DNA of 64,000 bases from Nemertoderma westbladi (lineage: Eukaryota > Animalia > Xenacoelomorpha), in the NCBI GenBank assembly GCA_032718475.1, contig JAUCBJ010007243.1:62001-126000 (forward strand), written 5' to 3'. Both the position numbers and the translations under genes were made by a program. Below the pieces are notes generated by a model that worked only from the letters and a program-made list of their open reading frames with translations, did not search any database and was not told the origin of the DNA. Below are positions 36,823-49,600 of this stretch, piece after piece; position 1 is the stretch's first letter; each line of letters opens with the position of its first letter.

Positions 36823-39143
36823 CTACTTGGATCGGCATGCTGCATTGCAGCTGCATTTTTCAGAATGCTGTGCCGTCTTGTCGACAAAATTGCGCCGCCA
36901 CTACTCCCTATCACCCATGACATTTGCTAGTTCATCCGCATCTTCAAGGCCAGTGTACTTTAAGATGCGTCTCGAGAAAGTCATGGGCTGTCCACCATGC
37001 TTATTCACTCCATGAAGCTGCCAAAGCACAAGATTATGCTCTGACTGGTCCTCACGGCGAAAGCAATGTCCTGCAAAGCGGAGGCGACTTTGTTCTAGTG
37101 TCAAGCTGTGGGGAACCATTGATACACTTCCAATGTTATATAGTGTCTGGTTGGAGATGTGTGCATTGTACTTGACACAATGAACCCGGCGTAGCATTCT
37201 TGTGAATGTGCCATCCAGAGATTTGGTGTCCTCGGCAGTTGGAGCCCAGCATGAACTCCCATAGAGGAGTACTGGAACTACTGCTGCTCTAAATAATCGG
37301 ACCTTAAGTTTCCGATTAATTCTCTGTGACTTCCAAATCCTGGAAAGCCTATTCAGGGCTGCCCTGTTTGTAATAATAATAGGCCTACAGTAATACTGTA
37401 AAAAAAAATAATAATAATATCAATTTGTTCAAGATTATATTTTATACAGCCCACTGCCTTGTAGATACAGAGATAAACCTACAATATATTACAATAAATA
37501 ATCGATTTAAATTTTGTTTTAAAAAGGGATAGGGTAATTAATATTAGTCAGTCCAGCAGTGAGGTTTTATTGTCAGTATAGTTTAAGACAGAAACTCAAG
37601 AGTCTGTGCATTAGGGCGGTGCGTTTTTTACTTTTTTTTCGATTTCATTGTTCTACCGGTGCACAAAAGTTACCAAATGGTAAAAAAATTTCTTTAAATT
37701 TCGTCTATGTCTTCACGGATCCCAAGAGGGTTGAAATTTTGTGCCATCGCGATGCACCATAATGAAATTTATAACAATATAACACATTGATGAAAGATCA
37801 ATGACTCAAAAAAGAACTTCCTGCATGCATCAAATGTCATCAAATGGGTCCAAACTTAGTTAGATACCAAAATTTTAATTTTTGGATTAAGGGAAGTAGT
37901 GCCACAGGCACATAGCCAGAACTTACTCTTTGGCGCAAGTGATGATTATTCTCAATTTTGGTGATGGACAACTTTTAGTTCTCCTACGGCATTATTATTA
38001 TGCTCATTTGAACCGCAATGACCGATTTATTTAGTGGGGGTAGACACCATCAAAATAAGCATAGAGCGAATAGTTCTTGAGATATTACAGAAAATGTTAA
38101 TTACGGCACAAGTCAACATTACTGCCTTGATGATTTATAGACAAATACACAAAAATGTTACTTCTAATTATCTTAAGGCATCAAAAATAGACACATCACT
38201 GCAACAAATTGATTTAGTGTATACAGGAACCTTCAAAATTAAAGAGCAGTGATTAATTCACTATAGTTTTTGTACAAAATGTGTGGAATGGGTCAACTCA
38301 ATATCAAGTATTAATTGGTGGATATAGTCTTGACATTTTGTAAAATAACTCAAAAACTAATGACTCTACTCTTATTTTGAAGGTGTCTTCACCCATTATA
38401 TCGATCATTTCTGTGATGTGTCTATTCTTGATTCCTTGAGATAATTCAATATATCATTTATAGTGTATTTGTCCATATCACATCAAGGCGGTAATGTAGA
38501 CTTGTGCCGTACTTCACATTTTCTGCGATATCTCAAGAACTATTCGCTCTATGCTTATTTTGATGGTGTCTACCCCCACTAAATCGGAAATTGCGGTTCT
38601 AATGAGCATAATATGAATGCAGTAGGAGAACTCAAAGTTGGCCATCGCGAAAATTGAGAATAATCATCACTTGCGCCAAATGGTAGGTTCTGGCCATTTT
38701 CCTGTGGCACTAGTTTCCTTGACCCAAAAATTAAAATTTTGGTATCTAACTAAATTTGGATCCATTTGATGACATTTGATGCATGCAGGAAGTTCTTTTT
38801 TGATTCATTGATCTTTCATCAATGTGTTATATTGTTATAAATTTCATTAGGGTGCATCGCGATGGCACAAAATTTCAACCCTCTTGGGATCCGTGAAGAT
38901 ATAGACGAAATTTAAAGAAATTTTTTTACCATTTGGTAACTTTTGTGCACCGGTAGAACAATGAAATCGAAAAAAAAGTAAAAAACGCACCGCCCTAATG
39001 CCCATGCCTTTCCCTTACGTATTCGAAGATCCTCACCTGACTTCCGGATCCATAACTTCCATACTTCCGTACTCCTAAGTCATCAGCAAAGTTTAGATCA
39101 GCAGTATTTCCTTGACTTTGTTGTTCGATGTTTGATGAACTCG
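36823..39143 (-). mobile_element. RTE LINE fragment in an NR2C intron, interrupted by a nested insertion of about 1.6 kb
   Basis: 36830-37364 matches 51-583 and resumes at about 39000 (cccatgcctttcccttacgt). Flanked by the direct repeat atgtttaattctaaaacg(g)tcaaa at 36799-36822 and 39144-39166, a probable TSD. Confidence 0.8.
37609..39000. mobile_element. Foldback/palindromic element of about 1.4 kb
   Basis: CATTAGGGCGGTGCGTTTTTTAC... is mirrored by ...GTAAAAAACGCACCGCCCTAATG. The arms are near-perfect at the outer ends and still alignable to about 38280/38335. Confidence 0.9.
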
Positions 39144-39630
39144 ATGTTTAATTCTAAAACGTCAAATGTTTGTTGTGGATATATTGGCTTGATAAAACCA
39201 GTGTGGAGTTTTCGAAACTGAAATGCTGCAGCAAGTAATAAATAATTAGCTAATTAAAGGCCATTTTTTTAATTAGAGAGCAGCTTATTTTTGACCATTA
39301 CTTCGCGAGTTTTGATCGTAAGGCCTTGATTTTGTGCTCATTCTGTTCAAATTCACTTACAATTTTATGATTTTATATGATATTTTCTCATTCAAAACCG
39401 CTGCGAAAAATACAACCTTTTAAAAATTGTGTTCCAACATTCGAGATTTTGCACTCAAATAGATCAGTAATTATTGCTGTTTTCAAAAATATAGGGGTTT
39501 AAGGGTTTTTAAAATAAGCTGACTGACTGCCTAATTTACAAAATGAATTTTAGTTAGTGTTACTATTTCATTCGGAGTAGTAATAAGTCATTACTTTGGA
39601 CAGCCTATGATTTGCTGCTTTTCCTTTCAG

Positions 39631-39706
39631 GATTCGAATGATGACAGCTCCTCCCGAAGTACCGGTATAAATAGAGCTAACGGCACAGTGCAACCAAATA
39701 ATACCG
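39631..39706 (+). CDS. NR2C: NR2C short hinge exon (DSNDDSSSRSTGINRANGTVQPNNT)
   Basis: Strong acceptor ttttcctttcag| and donor G|GTGAGT. Its phases (0 to 1) are what is needed to link the flanking exons. Confidence 0.75.
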
Positions 39707-39953
39707 GTGAGTTAGTATCAGTATCCACTGGGAGCAGCTGCATTCCATTGCGCTGCAGCCGTGTGTGGTGCTGCATTGTACGCACATCCAGCGTTTTGTG
39801 AGTTCGTTTATAAACACAAAATATTTCAAATACATTTAAGTCGGAACTTAAATATTATGATCATTGCTAACTATATCCTTTAACATTCCAATTATTAACT
39901 ATATTATTAGTTAATTTTATTATCTTATTGTAACTTAATAGTATTACGTTTAG

Positions 39954-40102
39954 ACCGGATACTCAATCAACATCGATACGAGTTCCAACTGACCACCCCC
40001 CAACCGATTCCAGACCCTCTTACCGTTCACTATATCTGCGAGTCTGCGTCCCGGTTACTCTTCCTTACTATTAATTGGGCGAGAACAATTCCCGCATTCC
40101 AG
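39954..40102 (+). CDS. NR2C: NR2C ligand-binding domain exon (helix 3 region)
   Basis: FQLTTPQPIPDPLTVHYICESASRLLFLTINWARTIPAFQ matches the TR2/TR4 motif HYICESASRLLFL...WARSIPAFQ. AG/GT boundaries. Not in the ORF track. Confidence 0.92.
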
Positions 40103-40355
40103 GTGCGTCGAGAATAGGAAGTATTAATCAATCGGTATTTATAATAATTCACTGCCGAAATCCCAGTGTCAGAGTGGATGCAGCGGCTAACCGCTTTCAC
40201 ATAGTGTTTGGGGTGCAGGTTCAAATCGGGGTAGTAATTTCGCACTGTTCCCTAATGCCAGACTCTTTAGAAGTTAGCTAACAGCTGTGGCTTAACAGCC
40301 AAGATAGTGAATCATTCGGTGTTTCGTTTATAACGTTCACATATTATTGTTCTAG

Positions 40356-40641
40356 AACCTGGGTCTGGATTGCAGTAGGGACATGCTACGGGCTACATGG
40401 TGCGAGGCGTTCGTGCTGGGACTAGCTCAGTTCGCCCACACAATGTCACTAGCTACCATGCTCACCGCAATAATGAACCATCTACAGGCCAGTCTGCAGC
40501 AGGGTCGTCTCACAGCCGATCGTGTCCGTCATGTGATGGACCACATCTGGAAACTACAGGAGTTTGTGTCGGCAGTCCTCAGACTCAATGTTTCTGATAG
40601 AGAGTACGCCTATCTACGGGCCATTGTATTGTTCAGTCCAG
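40356..40641 (+). CDS. NR2C: NR2C ligand-binding domain exon; remaining exons lie beyond the window
   Basis: NLGLDCSRDMLRATWCEAFVLGLAQ...IMNHLQ...DRVRHVMDHIWKLQEF...EYAYLRAIVLFSP, then the donor G|GTATGT at 40642. Confidence 0.92.
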
Positions 40642-43600
40642 GTATGTTGTATTGTTCAATCCAGGTATGTTGTATTGGACAGTCCAGGTATGTTGTATTG
40701 TTCAGTCCAGGTATGTTGTATTGTTCAGTCCAGGTATGTTGTATTGTTCAGTCCAGGTATGTTATATTGTTCAGGCCAGGTATGTTGTATTGTTCAGTCC
40801 AGGTATGTTGTATTGTTCAGTCCAGGTATGTTGTATTGTTCAGTCCAGGTATGTTCTATTGGACAGTCCAGGTATGTTCTATTGGACAGTCCAGGTATGT
40901 TGTATTGGACAATCCAGGTATGTTATATTGGACAGTCCAGGTATGTTATATTGGACAGTCCAGGTATGTTCTATTGGACAGTCCAGGTATGTTCTATTGG
41001 ACAGTCCAGGTATGTTGTATTGGACAGTCCAGGTATGTTGTATTGTTCAGTCCAGGTATGTCCTATTGGACAGTCCAGGTATGTTCTATTGGACAGTCCA
41101 AGTATGTTGTATTGTTCAGTCCAGGTATGTTGTATTGTTCAGTCCAGGTATGTTGTATTGTTCAGTCCAGGTATGTTCTATTGGACAGTCCAGGTATGTT
41201 CTATTGGACAGTCCAGGTATGTTGTATTGGACAATCCAGGTATGTTATATTGGACAGTCCAGGTATGTTATATTGGACAGTCCAGGTATGTTCTATTGGA
41301 CAGTCCAGGTATGTTCTATTGGACAGTCCAGGTATGTTCTATTGGACAGTCCAGGTATGTTGTATTGTTCAGTCCAGGTATGTTGTATTGTTCAGTCCAG
41401 GTATGTTCTATTGGACAGTCCAGGTATGTTCTATTGGACAGTCCAGGTATGTTGTATTGTTCAGTCCAGGTATGTTCTATTGGACAGTCCAGGTATGTTG
41501 TATTGTTCAGTCCAGGTATGTTCTATTGGACAGTCCAGGTATGTTGTATTGGACAGTCCAGGTATGTTGTATTGTTCAGTCCAGGTATGTCCTATTGGAC
41601 AGTCCAGGTATGTTCTATTGGACAGTCCAAGTATGTTGTATTGGACAGTCCAGGTATGTTCTATTGGACAGTCCAGGTATGTTGTATTGTTCAGTCCAGG
41701 TATGTTGTATTGTTCAGTCCAGGTATGTTGTATTGTTCAGTCCAGGTATGTTCTATTGGACAGTCCAGGTATGTTCTATTGGACAGTCCAGGTATGTTGT
41801 ATTGTTCAGTCCAGGTATGTTGTATTGTTCAGTCCAGGTATGTTGTATTGTTCAGTCCAGGTATGTTCTATTGGACAGTCCAGGTATGTTCTATTGGACA
41901 GTCCAGGTATGTTGTATTGTTCAGTCCAGGTATGTTGTATTGGACAATCCAGGTATGTTCTATTGGACAGTCCAGGTATGTTCTATTGGACAGTCCAGGT
42001 ATGTCCTATTGGACAGTCCAGGTATGTTCTATTGGACAGTCCAGGTATGTTCTATTGGACAGTCCAGGTATGTCCTATTGGACAGTCCAGGTATGTTCTA
42101 TTGGACAGTCCAGGTATGTTCTATTGGACAGTCCAGGTATGTTGTATTGGACAGTCCAGGTATGTTCTATTGGACAGTCCAGGTATGTTCTATTGGACAG
42201 TCCAGGTATGTCCTATTGGACAGTCCAGGTATGTTCTATTGGACAGTCCAGGTATGTTGTATTGTTCAGTCCAGGTATGTTCTATTGGACAATCCAGGTA
42301 TGTTCTATTGGACAGTCCAGGTATGTTCTATTGGACAGTCCAGGTATGTCCTATTGGACAGTCCAGGTATGTTCTATTGGACAGTCCAGGTATGTTCTAT
42401 TGGACAGTCCAGGTATGTCCTATTGGACAGTCCAGGTATGTTCTATTGGACAGTCCAGGTATGTTCTATTGGACAGTCCAGGTATGTTGTATTGGACAGT
42501 CCAGGTATGTTCTATTGGACAGTCCAGGTATGTTCTATTGGACAGTCCAGGTATGTCCTATTGGACAGTCCAGGTATGTTCTATTGGACAGTCCAGGTAT
42601 GTTGTATTGTTCAGTCCAGGTATGTTCTATTGGACAGTCCAGGTATGTTCTATTGGACAGTCCAGGTATGTTATATTGGACAGTCCAGGTATGTTCTATT
42701 GTTCAGTCCAGGTATGTTGTATTGGACAGTCCAGGTATGTCCTATTGGACAGTCCAGGTATGTTCTATTGGACAGTCCAGGTATGTTCTATTGGACAGTC
42801 CAGGTATGTTCTATTGGACAGTCCAGGTATGTTCTATTGGACAGTCCAGGTATGTTGTATTGGACAGTCCAGGTATGTTCTATTGGACAGTCCAGGTATG
42901 TTCTATTGGACAGTCCAGGTATGTTGTATTGTTCAGTCCAGGTATGTTGTATTGTTCAGTCCAGGTATGTTGTATTGGACAATCCAGGTATGTTCTATTG
43001 GACAGTCCAAGTATGTTGTATTGTTCAGGCCAGGTATGTTCTATTGGACAGTCCAGGTATGTTCTATTGGACAGTCCAGGTATGTTGTATTGGACAGTCC
43101 AGGTATGTCCTATTGGACAGTCCAGGTATGTTCTATTGGACAGTCCAGGTATGTTCTATTGGACAGTCCAGGTATGTTCTATTGGACAGTCCAGGTATGT
43201 TCTATTGGACAGTCCAGGTATGTTCTATTGGACAGTCCAAGTATGTTGTATTGTTCAGGCCAGGTATGTTCTATTGGACAGTCCAGGTATGTTCTATTGG
43301 ACAGTCCAGGTATGTTGTATTGGACAGTCCAGGTATGTCCTATTGGACAGTCCAGGTATGTTGTATTGTTCAGTCCAGGTATGTTCTATTGGACAGTCCA
43401 GGTATGTTCTATTGGACAGTCCAGGTATGTTGTATTGGACAGTCCAGGTATGTTCTATTGGACAGTCCAGGTATGTTCTATTGGACAGTCCAGGTATGTT
43501 CTATTGGACAGTCCAGGTATGTTCTATTGGACAGTCCAGGTATGTTGTATTGGACAGTCCAGGTATGTTCTATTGGACAGTCCAGGTATGTTCTATTGGA

Positions 43601-46600
43601 CAGTCCAGGTATGTTCTATTGGACAGTCCAGGTATGTTGTATTGTTCAGTCCAGGTATGTTCTATTGGACAGTCCAGGTATGTTCTATTGGACAGTCCAG
43701 GTATGTTGTATTGGACAGTCCAGGTATGTTCTATTGGACAGTCCAGGTATGTTCTATTGGACAGTCCAGGTATGTTGTATTGGACAGTCCAGGTATGTTG
43801 TATTGGACAGTCCAGGTATGTTCTATTGGACAGTCCAGGTATGTTCTATTGGACAGTCCAGGTATGTTCTATTGGACAGTCCAGGTATGTTGTATTGGAC
43901 AGTCCAGGTATGTTCTATTGGACAGTCCAGGTATGTTCTATTGGACAGTCCAGGTATGTTCTATTGGACAGTCCAGGTATGTTGTATTGGACAGTCCAGG
44001 TATGTTGTATTGGACAGTCCAGGTATGTTGTATTGGACAGTCCAGGTATGTTCTATTGGACAGTCCAGGTATGTTCTATTGGACAGTCCAGGTATGTTCT
44101 ATTGGACAGTCCAGGTATGTTGTATTGGACAGTCCAGGTATGTTGTATTGGACAGTCCAGGTATGTTCTATTGTTCAGTCCAGGTATGTTCTATTGGACA
44201 GTCCAGGTATGTTATATTGGACAGTCCAGGTATGTTTTATTGGACAGTCCAGGTATGTTCTATTGGACAGTCCAGGTATGTCCTATTGGACAGTCCAGGT
44301 ATGTTCTATTGGACAGTCCAGGTATGTTCTATTGGACAGTCCAGGTATGTTGTATTGGACAGTCCAGGTATGTTGTATTGGACAGTCCAGGTATGTCCTA
44401 TTGGACAGTCCAGGTATGTCCTATTGGACAGTCCAGGTATGTCCTATTGGACAGTCCAGGTATGTTCTATTGGACAGTCCAGGTATGTTCTATTGGACAG
44501 TCCAGGTATGTTCTATTGGACAGTCCAGGTATGTTGTATTGGACAGTCCAGGTATGTCCTATTGGACAGTCCAGGTATGTTCTATTGGACAGTCCAGGTA
44601 TGTTCTATTGGACAGTCCAGGTATGTTGTATTGGACAGTCCAGGTATGTTGTATTGGACAGTCCAGGTATGTCCTATTGGACAGTCCAGGTATGTTCTAT
44701 TGGACAGTCCAGGTATGTTGTATTGGACAGTCTAGGTATGTCCTATTGGACAGTCCAGGTATGTTCTATTGGACAGTCCAGGTATGTTCTATTGGACAGT
44801 CCAGGTATGTTGTATTGGACAGTCCAGGTATGTCCTATTGGACAGTCCAGGTATGTTCTATTGGACAGTCCAGGTATGTTCTATTGGACAGTCCAGGTAT
44901 GTTGTATTGGACAGTCCAGGTATGTTGTATTGGACAGTCCAGGTATGTCCTATTGGACAGTCCAGGTATGTTCTATTGGACAGTCCAGGTATGTTCTATT
45001 GGACAGTCCAGGTATGTTCTATTGTTCAGTCCAGGTATGTCCTATTGGACAGTCCAGGTATGTTGTATTGGACAATCCAGGTATGTTCTATTGGACAGTC
45101 CAAGTATGTTGTATTGTTCAGGCCAGGTATGTTCTATTGGACAGTCCAGGTATGTTCTATTGGACAGTCCAGGTATGTTGTATTGGACAGTCCAGGTATG
45201 TCCTATTGGACAGTCCAGGTATGTTCTATTGGACAGTCCAGGTATGTTCTATTGGACAGTCCAGGTATGTTCTATTGGACAGTCCAGGTATGTTCTATTG
45301 GACAGTCCAGGTATGTTGTATTGGACAGTCCAGGTATGTTCTATTGGACAGTCCAGGTATGTTCTATTGGACAGTCCAGGTATGTTGTATTGTTCAGTCC
45401 AGGTATGTTGTATTGGACAATCCAGGTATGTTCTATTGTTCAGTCCAGGTATGTTCTATTGGACAGTCCAGGTATGTTATATTGGACAGTCCAGGTATGT
45501 TTTATTGGACAGTCCAGGTATGTCCTATTGGACAGTCCAGGTATGTTCTATTGGACAGTCCAGGTATGTTCTATTGGACAGTCCAGGTATGTTCTATTGG
45601 ACAGTCCAGGTATGTTGTATTGGACAGTCCAGGTATGTTGTATTGGACAGTCCAGGTATGTCCTATTGGACAGTCCAGGTATGTTCTATTGGACAGTCCA
45701 GGTATGTTCTATTGGACAGTCCAGGTATGTTCTATTGTTCAGTCCAGGTATGTCCTATTGGACAGTCCAGGTATGTTGTATTGGACAATCCAGGTATGTT
45801 CTATTGGACAGTCCAAGTATGTTGTATTGTTCAGGCCAGGTATGTTCTATTGGACAGTCCAGGTATGTTCTATTGGACAGTCCAGGTATGTTGTATTGGA
45901 CAGTCCAGGTATGTCCTATTGGACAGTCCAGGTATGTTCTATTGGACAGTCCAGGTATGTTCTATTGGACAGTCCAGGTATGTTCTATTGGACAGTCCAG
46001 GTATGTTCTATTGGACAGTCCAGGTATGTTGTATTGGACAGTCCAGGTATGTTCTATTGGACAGTCCAGGTATGTTCTATTGGACAGTCCAGGTATGTTG
46101 TATTGTTCAGTCCAGGTATGTTGTATTGGACAATCCAGGTATGTTCTATTGTTCAGTCCAGGTATGTTCTATTGGACAGTCCAGGTATGTTATATTGGAC
46201 AGTCCAGGTATGTTTTATTGGACAGTCCAGGTATGTTCTATTGGACAGTCCAGGTATGTCCTATTGGACAGTCCAGGTATGTTCTATTGGACAGTCCAGG
46301 TATGTTCTATTGGACAGTCCAGGTATGTTGTATTGGACAGTCCAGGTATGTTGTATTGGACAGTCCAGGTATGTCCTATTGGACAGTCCAGGTATGTCCT
46401 ATTGGACAGTCCAGGTATGTCCTATTGGACAGTCCAGGTATGTTCTATTGGACAGTCCAGGTATGTTCTATTGGACAGTCCAGGTATGTTCTATTGGACA
46501 GTCCAGGTATGTTGTATTGGACAGTCCAGGTATGTCCTATTGGACAGTCCAGGTATGTTCTATTGGACAGTCCAGGTATGTTCTATTGGACAGTCCAGGT

Positions 46601-49600
46601 ATGTTGTATTGGACAGTCCAGGTATGTTGTATTGGACAGTCCAGGTATGTCCTATTGGACAGTCCAGGTATGTACTATTGGACAGTCCAGGTATGTTGTA
46701 TTGGACAGTCCAGGTATGTCCTATTGGACAGTCCAGGTATGTTCTATTGGACAGTCCAGGTATGTTCTATTGGACAGTCCAGGTATGTTGTATTGGACAG
46801 TCCAGGTATGTCCTATTGGACAGTCCAGGTATGTTCTATTGGACAGTCCAGGTATGTTCTATTGGACAGTCCAGGTATGTTGTATTGGACAGTCCAGGTA
46901 TGTTGTATTGGACAGTCCAGGTATGTCCTATTGGACAGTCCAGGTATGTTCTATTGGACAGTCCAGGTATGTTCTATTGGACAGTCCAGGTATGTTCTAT
47001 TGTTCAGTCCAGGTATGTCCTATTGGACAGTCCAGGTATGTTGTATTGGACAATCCAGGTATGTTCTATTGGACAGTCCAAGTATGTTGTATTGTTCAGG
47101 CCAGGTATGTTCTATTGGACAGTCCAGGTATGTTCTATTGGACAGTCCAGGTATGTTGTATTGGACAGTCCAGGTATGTCCTATTGGACAGTCCAGGTAT
47201 GTTCTATTGGACAGTCCAGGTATGTTCTATTGGACAGTCCAGGTATGTTCTATTGGACAGTCCAGGTATGTTCTATTGGACAGTCCAGGTATGTTGTATT
47301 GGACAGTCCAGGTATGTTCTATTGGACAGTCCAGGTATGTTCTATTGGACAGTCCAGGTATGTTGTATTGGACAGTCCAGGTATGTTGTATTGGACAGTC
47401 CAGGTATGTTCTATTGGACAGTCCAGGTAGGTTGTATTGTTCAGTCCAGGTATGTTGTATTGGACAATCCAGGTATGTTCTATTGGACAGTCCAAGTATG
47501 TTGTATTGTTCAGGCCAGGTATGTTCTATTGGACAGTCCAGGTATGTTCTATTGGACAGTCCAGGTATGTTGTATTGGACAGTCCAGGTATGTCCTATTG
47601 GACAGTCCAGGTATGTTCTATTGGACAGTCCAGGTATGTTCTATTGGACAGTCCAGGTATGTTGTATTGTTCAGTCCAGGTATGTCCTATTGGACAGTCC
47701 AGGTATGTTGTATTGGACATCCAGGTATGTTCTATTGGACAGTCCAAGTATGTTGTATTGTTCAGGCCAGGTATGTTCTATTGGACAGTCCAGGTATGTT
47801 CTATTGGACAGTCCAGGTATGTTGTATTGGACAGTCCAGGTATGTCCTATTGGACAGTCCAGGTATGTTCTATTGGACAGTCCAGGTATGTTCTATTGGA
47901 CAGTCCAGGTATGTTCTATTGGACAGTCCAGGTATGTTGTATTGGACAGTCCAGGTATGTTCTATTGGACAGTCCAGGTATGTTCTATTGGACAGTCCAG
48001 GTATGTTGTATTGGACAGTCCAGGTATGTTCTATTGGACAGTCCAGGTATGTTCTATTGGACAGTCCAGGTATGTTGTATTGGACAGTCCAGGTATGTCC
48101 TATTGGACAGTCCAGGTATGTTCTATTGGACAGTCCAGGTATGTTCTATTGGACAGTCCAGGTATGTTGTATTGGACAGTCCAGGTATGTTGTATTGGAC
48201 AGTCCAGGTATGTCCTATTGGACAGTCCAGGTATGTTCTATTGGACAGTCCAGGTATGTTCTATTGGACAGTCCAGGTATGTTGTATTGTTCAGTCCAGG
48301 TATGTCCTATTGGACAGTCCAGGTATGTTGTATTGGACAGTCCAGGTATGTTCTATTGGACAGTCCAAGTATGTTGTATTGTTCAGGCCAGGTATGTTCT
48401 ATTGGACAGTCCAGGTATGTTCTATTGGACAGTCCAGGTATGTTGTATTGGACAGTCCAGGTATGTCCTATTGGACAGTCCAGGTATGTTCTATTGGACA
48501 GTCCAGGTATGTTGTATTGGACAGTCCAGGTATGTCCTATTGGACAGTCCAGGTATGTTCTATTGGACAGTCCAGGTATGTTCTATTGGACAGTCCAGGT
48601 ATGTTGTATTGGACAGTCCAGGTATGTTCTATTGGACAGTCCAGGTATGTTCTATTGGACAGTCCAGGTATGTTGTATTGGACAGTCCAGGTATGTTCTA
48701 TTGGACAGTCCAGGTATGTTCTATTGGACAGTCCAGGTATGTTGTATTGTTCAGTCCAGGTATGTTGTATTGGACAATCCAGGTATGTTCTATTGGACAG
48801 TCCAGGTATGTTCTATTGGACAGTCCAGGTATGTTCTATTGGACAGTCCAGGTATGTTCTATTGGACAGTCCAGGTATGTTCTATTGGACAGTCCAGGTA
48901 TGTTCTATTGGACAGTCCAGGTATGTTGTATTGGACAGTCCAGGTATGTCCTATTGGACAGTCCAGGTATGTTCTATTGGACAGTCCAGGTATGTTCTAT
49001 TGGACAGTCCAGGTATGTTCTATTGGACAGTCCAGGTATGTTCTATTGGACAGTCCAGGTATGTTCTATTGGACAGTCCAGGTATGTTGTATTGTTCAGG
49101 CCAGGTATGTTCTATTGGACAGTCCAGGTATGTTCTATTGGACAGTCCAGGTATGTTGTATTGGACAGTCCAGGTATGTCCTATTGGACAGTCCAGGTAT
49201 GTTCTATTGGACAGTCCAGGTATGTTCTATTGGACAGTCCAGGTATGTTCTATTGGACAGTCCAGGTATGTTGTATTGGACAGTCCAGGTATGTTGTATT
49301 GTTCAGTCCAGGTATGTTGTATTGGACAGTCCAGGTATGTTCTATTGGACAGTCCAGGTATGTTCTATTGGACAGTCCAGGTATGTTCTATTGGACAGTC
49401 CAGGTATGTTCTATTGGACAGTCCAGGTATGTTCTATTGGACAGTCCAGGTATGTTGTATTGTTCAGTCCAGGTATGTTGTATTGTTCAGTCCAGGTATG
49501 TTCTATTGGACAGTCCAGGTATGTTCTATTGGACAGTCCAGGTATGTTGTATTGGACAGTCCAGGTATGTCCTATTGGACAGTCCAGGTATGTTCTATTG

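Noticed and set aside
37611-37616. TTAGGG at the foldback terminus as a telomeric signal
   Set aside because: A single hexamer forming part of the TIR; no telomeric array.
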